Origin: Bacteroidaceae bacterium
GTDB taxonomy: Bacteria > Bacteroidota > Bacteroidia > Bacteroidales > Marinilabiliaceae
Direction: 5' to 3'
NCBI GenBank assembly: GCA_963618945.1
Contig: CAVETY010000007.1
Location: 4,486-68,485 of the forward strand
Length of the DNA stretch: 64,000 nucleotides
The translations under genes and the position numbers were made by a program. Under the pieces are notes generated by a model. That model made no database searches, had not been told where the DNA came from, and worked only from the letters and a program-made list of their open reading frames with translations. Positions 10,199 to 17,485 of the stretch are shown here, one piece after another. How positions within the stretch are numbered: position 1 is the first letter of the stretch; each line of letters starts with the position of its first letter.

Positions 10199-10954
10199 TT
10201 AGCGATTTTTACGCCCCAATAAAGAGAGCACGCCATTTACGAATGTCAGCGGATGAACAGGATTACCCGGGACGTAGAGGTCGACATGCAGACCATCAAG
10301 GACCGAGCGTCGGAGAGCAGCCGAGCCTGCAAAAATACCGCCCGAAATAGCCTCCGTACCAGCCAAAATAAGAATCTTAGGATCCGGCACAGAGTTATAC
10401 GCCTCAAGAAACGGCTCAGCCATATTCTCTGATATTGGACCGGTGAGGACAATTCCGTCAGCATGCCTTGGTGACGCCACGAAATCTATGCCAAAACGGC
10501 CGATGTCAAAATTGACATTGCCTGTCGCATTTAGTTCCATCTCGCAGCTGCCATCGCCGCCAGCTGAAACCTCCCTCAATTTAAGAGAACGGCCGAAAAG
10601 GCGTCGAACCTCAGAACGAATCTTATCAGGGTCGACCAGCACAGGATTGTTTGAACCAGCCTTCACAATTAGCGCTTCACGGACGTTGGAAGCTATGTGA
10701 TAGTCCTTGGTAAACCTTATCTTGTCGGGAGCCGCAAACATACACTCTCCGCAAAAAGTGCAACGACCGAGGTCGATGGAGAGCGGCGAACTCGTGATGG
10801 CTTCAGTCGGGCACAAGTCAACAAGGGAGGCCTCATCAACTGCGGCATCCGAAATCTCGGGACGACCGCGGAAAACGCCTGGGACATCCGTAGTCGTCAC
10901 ATCAGTTATATATTGCTTGCCCTGATGAAGCCAGATTTTGAAAGAATCAAACAT
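10199..10954 (-). CDS. Hydrogenase-3/complex-I small-subunit-like protein (HycG/NuoB fold) with N-terminal half-ferredoxin; Fe-S ligands mostly lost
   Basis: SPRHADGIVLTGPIS, ISGGIF and DLYVPGNP align to the NuoB/HycG motifs SPRHAD..TG, GxCxxSGGIF and PGCPP. The N-terminus carries CPTEAI ... CTFCGEC. Confidence 0.8.
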   Translation of the reverse strand: MFDSFKIWLHQGKQYITDVTTTDVPGVFRGRPEISDAAVDEASLVDLCPTEAITSSPLSIDLGRCTFCGECMFAAPDKIRFTKDYHIASNVREALIVKAGSNNPVLVDPDKIRSEVRRLFGRSLKLREVSAGGDGSCEMELNATGNVNFDIGRFGIDFVASPRHADGIVLTGPISENMAEPFLEAYNSVPDPKILILAGTEAISGGIFAGSAALRRSVLDGLHVDLYVPGNPVHPLTFVNGVLSLLGRKNR

Positions 10955-10994
10955 TTAGAAGCAGAAAGCTAAAAAGAGAAACCGCACAAGGAGA

Positions 10995-12485
10995 TTAAAG
11001 GTCATGACCGCAATAGCTCAGGTCAAAGCTCTTGTTGCAAATGGGGAAGTCGGATATGCCATTACCACGCACAGCCATCGCAAGTCCCATCCAATTGTGG
11101 ACAGACGGGTCAACGACCTTGTATAGAGACAATTTGCCGGCGGCATCAGTCTGAGCCACATGGACACAGACTCCACGCCACCCCTCTACTGCGGACAGGC
11201 ACATCTTTCCTGGTTGCAGGGATGAAATTTGCACCTTTTCGCGCAGATCTGACTTAGGTTGCGAAGCTATGAGCCTACGGATGTTATCGATAGACTGGAG
11301 AACCTCCTCATAGCGAACCCTTGCACGCGCATAGACATCGCCAGATTGCTTGACAACAGGCTCAAAGGCCATCTTGCCGTAGAGGAGATACGGGTGTGAC
11401 GCTCGGACATCCCTTGCCACCCCCGACGCCTTGGCTGCCATGCCCTCAAGACCAAGCCTCTGGGCCAACTCTGTGCTTACTACGCCTGTGCGCTCAATTC
11501 GCGACAACACGGACGGCAAATCAAACATCTGGGCAGCCATCTCACGGAAATCAGGCTCAAAGGCCTCGACCGTCTTGAGCCATTCTTCAGCCAACTGGTT
11601 CGTGAAAGCGAAATTGGTGTACCCCGGCCTAATCAGACTCTTCGCAAAACGGCTTCCACACCATTTTTGGAAGAAATTGATCATGGGTGTACGCAGACGA
11701 CCGAAGACCGCATTACCCAACTGGTAAGCGATGTCCGTACAAATGGCCGACAAGTCACCAGTGTGAACAGCGATACGCTCATGCTCAAGAGCAACCGTGC
11801 GATCGAAAGACAACATAGGGTCTACGTCAACACCTGCGAGCGCCTCATACAGCAGAGCGAACGCCGTGGCATGACCTACGACGGTATCACCAGCAATGTT
11901 TTCGGAGACAGTGGCACGCTGCAGCAGCTTCTCCTTCGCCAACATGACATCCTCGACACCGCGATGCTGCCATCCAAGCTGAATCTCAAGATGGTGGATT
12001 TTCTCGCCCTCACAGATAAAGCGGAAATGACCCGGCTCTATGATACCTGCGTGAATTGGGCCGACGCCAACACGGTGAAACTCCTCGCTCTCAACATTGA
12101 AAAACGGATAGTCGTATATGTCTCCGCCTGATTTTCGTCCATGACTGAAACGCAATGGTTTGAGCCATGGATGATTAGAGAAACCGATGCCAGTGGACTC
12201 ATGTATGTCGCGTTCAAAAGCATGGAGTTCCGGGCGTTCGGCAGTCATTGACATGAGCGTGCACCCTTCACTCACTTTCGAGCCATACACCTCTATAGCC
12301 TTAGCGGCGTCATCCGCAATGAAAGCGTAGAGAGCAAGAGAACCGCCTCCAAGAGGCTGAGCAAAATAGGAGAGGCAATGAATCGACTGCGCCCCAAGAC
12401 GCGACAAGACAACCGTGTAGAAGTCAGAATAATCCAACAACTCCACACTCTCGGTGTCGAAAGCCTGCCCGTTTTGAATAATCAT
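10995..12485 (-). CDS. Group-4 [NiFe]-hydrogenase large-subunit-like / NuoC-NuoD-like protein lacking the NiFe cysteine ligands
   Basis: GPIHAGIIEPGHFRF and LEIQLGWQHRGVE match the HycE/EchE/NuoD core, and the N-terminal region is NuoC-like (HAFERDIHESTGIGFSNHP). The CxxC ligand motifs are replaced (IAGDTVVGH; DLSYCGHDL at the C-terminus). Confidence 0.8.
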   Translation of the reverse strand: MIIQNGQAFDTESVELLDYSDFYTVVLSRLGAQSIHCLSYFAQPLGGGSLALYAFIADDAAKAIEVYGSKVSEGCTLMSMTAERPELHAFERDIHESTGIGFSNHPWLKPLRFSHGRKSGGDIYDYPFFNVESEEFHRVGVGPIHAGIIEPGHFRFICEGEKIHHLEIQLGWQHRGVEDVMLAKEKLLQRATVSENIAGDTVVGHATAFALLYEALAGVDVDPMLSFDRTVALEHERIAVHTGDLSAICTDIAYQLGNAVFGRLRTPMINFFQKWCGSRFAKSLIRPGYTNFAFTNQLAEEWLKTVEAFEPDFREMAAQMFDLPSVLSRIERTGVVSTELAQRLGLEGMAAKASGVARDVRASHPYLLYGKMAFEPVVKQSGDVYARARVRYEEVLQSIDNIRRLIASQPKSDLREKVQISSLQPGKMCLSAVEGWRGVCVHVAQTDAAGKLSLYKVVDPSVHNWMGLAMAVRGNGISDFPICNKSFDLSYCGHDL

Positions 12486-12498
12486 TACCGTCAGAGGA

Positions 12499-12732
12499 TC
12501 AGTGATTGCAAACTTTGGTCTTGTCTACAGTGAAGCCAAGTGATTCGGCCGGCATGAACTTTCCCCTTGCCTCAAGGAAGTCAACAAGCTCGGCAGCCGT
12601 CATATCCTCAGCAGAGCAAGTGTAAAAACGCTCATCAGGGCCGAACTTAGAGATTATGGCTTCAACGAGCTCCTGCCTGTTGGCGTAGCTATTACCCTCC
12701 ATCATTTGGAGCACCTCATGACCATGTGTCAT
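12499..12732 (-). CDS. YecH-family (DUF2492-like) small metal-binding protein
   Basis: 77 aa running from MTHGHEVLQMMEG to TKVCNH. It has an N-terminal HxH, a central FYTCSAEDMTAAELVDFL and a C-terminal CxH, as I remember for E. coli YecH-like proteins. Start moved to ATG 12730-12732, because the track extension overlaps tRNA-Asp. Confidence 0.7.
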   Translation of the reverse strand: MTHGHEVLQMMEGNSYANRQELVEAIISKFGPDERFYTCSAEDMTAAELVDFLEARGKFMPAESLGFTVDKTKVCNH

Positions 12733-12753
12733 TACTGTAAAATTATATTTTGG

Positions 12754-12761
12754 CAAAATTA
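12754..12761 (-). promoter_or_regulatory. -7 promoter box (TAATTTTG on minus strand) for the yecH-like/hydrogenase-like operon
   Basis: Exact TAnnTTTG match, 22 nt upstream of the ATG at 12732. It overlaps the T-tract of the tRNA-Asp terminator. Confidence 0.45.
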
Positions 12762-12795
12762 AAAAAGTCGCCCAATAGAAGACTACTGAGCGACT
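12759..12795 (-). terminator. Terminator after the tRNA-Asp pair
   Basis: Stem agtcgc (12766-12771) / gcgact (12790-12795), followed on the minus strand by TTTTTTAATTTT. Confidence 0.45.
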
Positions 12796-12804
12796 AAAAC
12801 TTGT

Positions 12805-12881
12805 TGGCGGTGAGGACGAGGCTCGAACTCGCGACCCCATGCGTGACAGGCATGTATTCTAACCAACTGAACTACCCCACC
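12805..12881 (-). tRNA. tRNA-Asp (anticodon GTC), copy 1, with genomically encoded CCA
   Basis: The reverse complement is GGTGGGGTAGTTCAGTTGGTTAGAATACATGCCTGTCACGCATGGGGTCGCGAGTTCGAGCCTCGTCCTCACCGCCA. The anticodon loop is CTGTCAC. Confidence 0.92.
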
Positions 12882-12979
12882 ATAAGTTTTTTTTCAAGAA
12901 ATAAGCGGTGAGGACGAGGCTCGAACTCGCGACCCCATGCGTGACAGGCATGTATTCTAACCAACTGAACTACCCCACC
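12808..12979 (-). repeat. Tandem direct duplication of the 74-nt tRNA-Asp unit (period 98 nt)
   Basis: Identical 74-nt strings at 12808-12881 and 12906-12979. Confidence 0.9.
12906..12979 (-). tRNA. tRNA-Asp (anticodon GTC), copy 2, no encoded CCA
   Basis: The 74-nt body is identical to copy 1. The 3' flank reads CTTATT instead of CCA. Confidence 0.92.
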
Positions 12980-13061
12980 AAGTGTAAGACTTCAGCAGTA
13001 AGCTTTCAATATGTCTTGCTTTCAGTTCCTTGAGCGCTGCTCTTGTTCCCGATTGCGAGTG

Positions 13062-13069
13062 CAAAGTTA
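13062..13069 (-). promoter_or_regulatory. Candidate -7 promoter box (TAACTTTG on minus strand) for the tRNA-Asp pair
   Basis: Exact TAnnTTTG match, 83 nt upstream of tRNA-Asp copy 2. The distance is long, so confidence is low. Confidence 0.3.
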
Positions 13070-13404
13070 GGGCATTTTTCTTTCCCTGCAATAGCTACAG
13101 CCATTTTTTTTGAAATAAAATCGCACTTTTCTTTCAACACACACGCTTAACCGCTAAAATACAAGACATTACGTTTACGATATTTTTCAGAGAAATTTTA
13201 GGTGATAAAGGCGAGGAGAAACGGAATTGGAGGAAACGCCCCGTTTGCGTGGACAGAAAAACAGATTGAGCAATCAAACCACATCATAGAAGCGGACTGA
13301 CGAGGTTGACACAATAAGGTATAATTGTCAAAGATAGGCGGAAAAAAATATTTACTTTCGCGACATTATATAGTGTATACGTAAGACAGACCTTACTCAC
13401 GTTA

Positions 13405-14118
13405 ATGGACAACCTGATATTCTTAGACAAAGAGCTAACACTCTACCTCAATGGGCTGAACAATCCTGTTTTAGATATGTTCTTCCATGCCGTCACGTCA
13501 AAATGGCTGTGGCTGCCGCTTTATGCGGCTCTCCTGTGGATGATTTTCCGCCGTCAGGGTGGCCGCGGCATCATGACAGTCGTCGTCATTGGCATACTTA
13601 TACTTTTGGCAGACCAGCTGACCAGCGGCCTTATGAAACCTCTTTTCGAGAGGCTGCGCCCAAGCCATGACGAAGTGATGCAATATTTGGTCCACACAGT
13701 CAACGGATATAAGGGAGGCCTATATGGTTTCGCATCATCTCACGCCGCCAACACATTCGCCCTCGCCACATTCTTTATTCTCGTGGTCAGACGCTGGTCA
13801 CTTTCATTTGTTCTGGTGGCGTGGGCTTTGCTCAACAGCTATGGCAGGGTCTATCAAGGCGTTCATTTTGTTGGAGACATAGTGGTCGGCGCATTGATAG
13901 GAATCATATTGGGAAGACTTGTATACGAAGTGTATCTACATCTGGTACTCCACTTCTTCGTCATAAAGCACCACAATAAGTGGACCTTGAAGAGCGGCTT
14001 GTCCGAGACGTTCGGAAAAAGCGACCCTCACATTGTCGCCTACACCTTTTGGCTCACGATAGTATTCTCTGTCATTTTCATACTTTTGTTCAGAAGTTTC
14101 TATGGAGCTGCTTGTTGA
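13405..14118 (+). CDS. PAP2-family phosphatase (phosphatidic acid / undecaprenyl-diphosphate phosphatase type)
   Basis: Polytopic ORF with the three PAP2 motifs: KPLFERLRP, SSH (GFASSHAAN) and SYGRVYQGVHFVGD. Confidence 0.85.
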   Translation: MDNLIFLDKELTLYLNGLNNPVLDMFFHAVTSKWLWLPLYAALLWMIFRRQGGRGIMTVVVIGILILLADQLTSGLMKPLFERLRPSHDEVMQYLVHTVNGYKGGLYGFASSHAANTFALATFFILVVRRWSLSFVLVAWALLNSYGRVYQGVHFVGDIVVGALIGIILGRLVYEVYLHLVLHFFVIKHHNKWTLKSGLSETFGKSDPHIVAYTFWLTIVFSVIFILLFRSFYGAAC

Positions 14119-14800
14119 CCCTGAATTTACGCCAGGTTCCATTCTGTGCCCAGAGGAGAGCCAGCATTGCGTTAAAGTGATGCGCCACAGGGAAGGAGAC
14201 AAAATCGTAGTGACTGACGGGAAAGGGATGAGGTATGACTGCACACTGACACGGGCTGACGCAAGAGGCTGTGAGCTGATGGTCAACGAATCTACAGAAA
14301 TCCCAGCACGTCCATTTCGACTACGCATGGCTGTGGCTCCGACAAAGAATATAGACAGATTCGAGTGGTTCGTAGAAAAAGCCGTCGAAATAGGAGTGAC
14401 TCACATCACCCCCATTGAGACGGAAAACTCGGAGCGCACAAGGGTGAGAGTTGACAGATTGGAGAGGATTGTAACGGCAGCCGCCAAACAATCACTAAAA
14501 TACTACCTGCCCATAGTTGACGAAATCACCCCCATCGATAAACTCTTGGAGGAGGACCAGTCAGAACAGAAATTCATCCTGCACTGCGCAGAGACACCCA
14601 AACCGCACTTAATGAACGCCTGCCAAGCGAAGACTGACACATTAGTGTTAATCGGCCCCGAGGGCGACTTCTCACACAAAGAGGTAGCCAAGGCTTTGGG
14701 ATTGGGCTTCAAAGAGTGCACACTTGGCCCAGAGAGGTTGCGCACAGAGACGGCGGCCGTTGTCGCAACAAACATAGTCGTATTGCGTAACCAATTGTAA
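14102..14800 (+). CDS. rsmE: 16S rRNA (uracil1498-N3)-methyltransferase
   Basis: RsmE-like PUA N-terminus (EESQHCVKVMRHREGD) and SPOUT C-terminus (LVLIGPEGDFSHKE, LGPERLRTETA). It overlaps the PAP2 stop by 17 nt. Confidence 0.85.
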   Translation: MELLVDPEFTPGSILCPEESQHCVKVMRHREGDKIVVTDGKGMRYDCTLTRADARGCELMVNESTEIPARPFRLRMAVAPTKNIDRFEWFVEKAVEIGVTHITPIETENSERTRVRVDRLERIVTAAAKQSLKYYLPIVDEITPIDKLLEEDQSEQKFILHCAETPKPHLMNACQAKTDTLVLIGPEGDFSHKEVAKALGLGFKECTLGPERLRTETAAVVATNIVVLRNQL

Positions 14801-14819
14801 AACACAAAAACTGAAGAGT

Positions 14820-15788
14820 ATGGCATTTTTCGGACTTTTCGGCAAAAAAGAGGAAAAAGAGACAAAAGAGGGGCTCGACAAAGGCCTTGCGCGCACAAAA
14901 GAGAGCTGGTTCAAGAAGCTGAGCCGCCTGCTGACAAGCAAACGCAAGGTTGATGACGACGTCCTTGACGAGTTGGAAGAGATCCTGATCACATCGGACG
15001 TGGGAGTGGATACGACGATGAAAATCATTGACCGCATTCAGACCCGCGTGAAGAGGGACTCATACAGTGGCTCTGACGAACTTGATAAAATATTACGGGA
15101 AGAGATAGAGAAGCTCTTGGAAGAAAGCGACAATGGCAACGAACGAGCCGAGGTGGCAATCCATGAGAATGGCGACCCGTATGTTATTATGGTTGTAGGC
15201 GTCAACGGCGTAGGCAAGACCACGACGATTGGAAAACTGGCCCACAGATTTAAAAAGGCGGGTAAGAAAGTCGTTTTGGGAGCGGCCGACACATTCCGTG
15301 CGGCTGCCATTGAGCAGTTGGAAGTCTGGGCCAAGCGAGTCGACGTGCCCATCGTAAAACAACAGATGGGTTCAGACCCGGCATCAGTGGCGTTTGACAC
15401 GCTATCTTCGGCAAAGGCGCGAGGAGCTGACGTTGTCATAATAGACACAGCAGGCCGACTGCATAACAACGTTGGCCTCATGAACGAGCTATCTAAGATT
15501 AAAAACGTCATGAAAAAGATAGTTCCGTCAGCCCCGGACGAGGTCCTGCTTGTGCTTGATGGCTCGACTGGACAGAACGCGTTTGAGCAGGCCAAACAAT
15601 TCACAAAAGCCACTGACGTGTCAGCACTTGCCATAACAAAGCTTGACGGGACTGCCAAGGGTGGCGTGGTAATCGGCGTGTCGGACCAGTTCAGCATACC
15701 CGTCAAGTACATAGGTGTGGGAGAAGGCATTGACGACATTCAGATTTTTGATAAAAAAGCATTTGTCGAGTCTCTTTTCCGAGAGTAA
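14820..15788 (+). CDS. ftsY: Signal recognition particle receptor FtsY
   Basis: SRP GTPase motifs GVNGVGKTTTIGKLA, DTAGRL and TKLDGTAKGG. Confidence 0.95.
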   Translation: MAFFGLFGKKEEKETKEGLDKGLARTKESWFKKLSRLLTSKRKVDDDVLDELEEILITSDVGVDTTMKIIDRIQTRVKRDSYSGSDELDKILREEIEKLLEESDNGNERAEVAIHENGDPYVIMVVGVNGVGKTTTIGKLAHRFKKAGKKVVLGAADTFRAAAIEQLEVWAKRVDVPIVKQQMGSDPASVAFDTLSSAKARGADVVIIDTAGRLHNNVGLMNELSKIKNVMKKIVPSAPDEVLLVLDGSTGQNAFEQAKQFTKATDVSALAITKLDGTAKGGVVIGVSDQFSIPVKYIGVGEGIDDIQIFDKKAFVESLFRE

Positions 15789-15836
15789 AAGAACACGACA
15801 AACCATAGACAAGCAAAAGACCAGAACGACAGAGAG

Positions 15837-17123
15837 ATGAAAATAGTAGACGTCATTTCACTCGGATGCTCAAAAAACCTTGTGGACAGCGAGCGACTGA
15901 TGGCGCAGCTGCGCGCGAACAACATAGGCGTTGAGCACGACCCCGCAAACCCACGGGGAGAGGTGGCTGTGATCAACACATGTGGATTCATTGGAGACGC
16001 GAAAGAGGAGAGTATCAACACGATACTTCAGTTTGCGGAGGCAAAGCAACAAGGCAAACTGAAGAAACTCTACGTCATGGGCTGCCTCAGCGAGCGTTAC
16101 CGTGAGGAGTTGACAGAGCAGATCCCGGAAGTTGACAAATTCTACGGCAAATTCGACTGGAAAGGTCTGGTAGCTGAGCTTGGCGCCACATACAGGCGCG
16201 ACCTGATGAATGAGCGAAGCCTGACCACCCCGGGTCATTACGCCTATCTGAAGATTTCAGAGGGTTGCAACAGGATGTGCAGCTATTGCGCCATCCCACT
16301 GATTACTGGTCCTCACACCAGCAGACCGATGGAAGATATTATCACGGAGGTGGAAAATCTTGCCAAGTCTGGCGTGAAAGAGATTCAGGTTATCGCCCAA
16401 GACCTGTCGTCATATGGCACAGACTTGTACAAAGAGAACAAGCTGGCTGAACTCATCACAAAGATTTCAGAGGTTGACGGCATTGAATGGATAAGGCTGC
16501 ATTACGCCTACCCTGCCGGATTTCCGCATGACATACTTGACGTCATGGCAAACAACCCCAAAGTATGCAAATACTTAGACCTCGCATTGCAACACGCGTC
16601 TGACCATATGCTTGGTTTGATGCGCAGGCGCATAACCAAAGAGCAGACTATAGCCCTGCTTGACGAGATCAGGGAGAAGGTGCCTGGCATACACATCCGC
16701 ACGACAATGATAACCGGACATCCGGGAGAGACGGAGGAGGACATTGCCGAATTAGAAGAGTTCGTAAGGAGTCAGAAATTCGAGAGGCTTGGTGTGTTCC
16801 CGTACTCACACGAGGATGACACATACGCTTTTAAGCATTATACAGATGACATTCCCGAGGATGTGAAGCAAGAGCGTGCTGACAGGATTATGGCCATTCA
16901 GGAGACGATAAGCGCAGATGTCAACCAAGGAAAGATTGGTAAAACATTGCGCGTGATGGTAGACAGGAAAGAGGACGACCATTTTGTTGGCCGCACTGAA
17001 TTCGACTCGCCCGAAGTTGACCCAGAGGTCGTGATATATGGCGATGCGAAAATTGGCGAATTCGTCAACGTCAAGATAACAGGCGCGGAAGATTATGACC
17101 TGATTGGAGAAGTGGAGGCGTAA
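15837..17123 (+). CDS. rimO: Ribosomal protein S12 methylthiotransferase RimO
   Basis: MTTase N-domain (ISLGCSKN), radical-SAM CNRMCSYCAIP and a C-terminal TRAM domain. Confidence 0.92.
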   Translation: MKIVDVISLGCSKNLVDSERLMAQLRANNIGVEHDPANPRGEVAVINTCGFIGDAKEESINTILQFAEAKQQGKLKKLYVMGCLSERYREELTEQIPEVDKFYGKFDWKGLVAELGATYRRDLMNERSLTTPGHYAYLKISEGCNRMCSYCAIPLITGPHTSRPMEDIITEVENLAKSGVKEIQVIAQDLSSYGTDLYKENKLAELITKISEVDGIEWIRLHYAYPAGFPHDILDVMANNPKVCKYLDLALQHASDHMLGLMRRRITKEQTIALLDEIREKVPGIHIRTTMITGHPGETEEDIAELEEFVRSQKFERLGVFPYSHEDDTYAFKHYTDDIPEDVKQERADRIMAIQETISADVNQGKIGKTLRVMVDRKEDDHFVGRTEFDSPEVDPEVVIYGDAKIGEFVNVKITGAEDYDLIGEVEA

Positions 17124-17125
17124 CA

Positions 17126-17473
17126 ATGGCAAAGCAACAAGATTGGAAAGACAGGCTTGGCGTTGTGTTCTCCACCAACGCCAACTTCGAATATACCCAT
17201 GAAGAAGAGCCCGAGGAGGACACCCTGCCGCCACAGCAGCAAAACCTGCACGTCATGCTTGACAAAAAGCAGCGTAACGGCAAAAAAGTCACGTTGGTGA
17301 GCGGATTCGTTGGCAGAGAAGACGACTTGAAAGACTTGGGTAAAAAGCTAAAGAGTTCATGCGGAGTTGGCGGCTCAACAAAAGACGGAGAGGTCTTGAT
17401 CCAAGGAGACTTCCGAGAAAAAGTAGCCCAAATACTCACAGCCGGCGGATATAAAGTAAAACTACACAAGTAA
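17126..17473 (+). CDS. SUI1/YciH-family translation initiation factor-like protein
   Basis: 115 aa with a KKVTLVSGF...LKDLGKKLKSSCGVGGSTKDGEVLIQGD core typical of SUI1/eIF1. Confidence 0.85.
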   Translation: MAKQQDWKDRLGVVFSTNANFEYTHEEEPEEDTLPPQQQNLHVMLDKKQRNGKKVTLVSGFVGREDDLKDLGKKLKSSCGVGGSTKDGEVLIQGDFREKVAQILTAGGYKVKLHK

Positions 17474-17485
17474 AAGAGCATAGCG

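Noticed and set aside
12980-13404. 425-bp divergent intergenic region at the minus-to-plus strand switch, considered as a possible replication origin
   Set aside because: I found no DnaA-box-like TTATCCACA/TGTGGATAA repeats, no dnaA or dnaN nearby and no AT-rich unwinding block. The strand polarity flips back only 13 kb later (26.2-26.5 kb), so this is ordinary divergent transcription.
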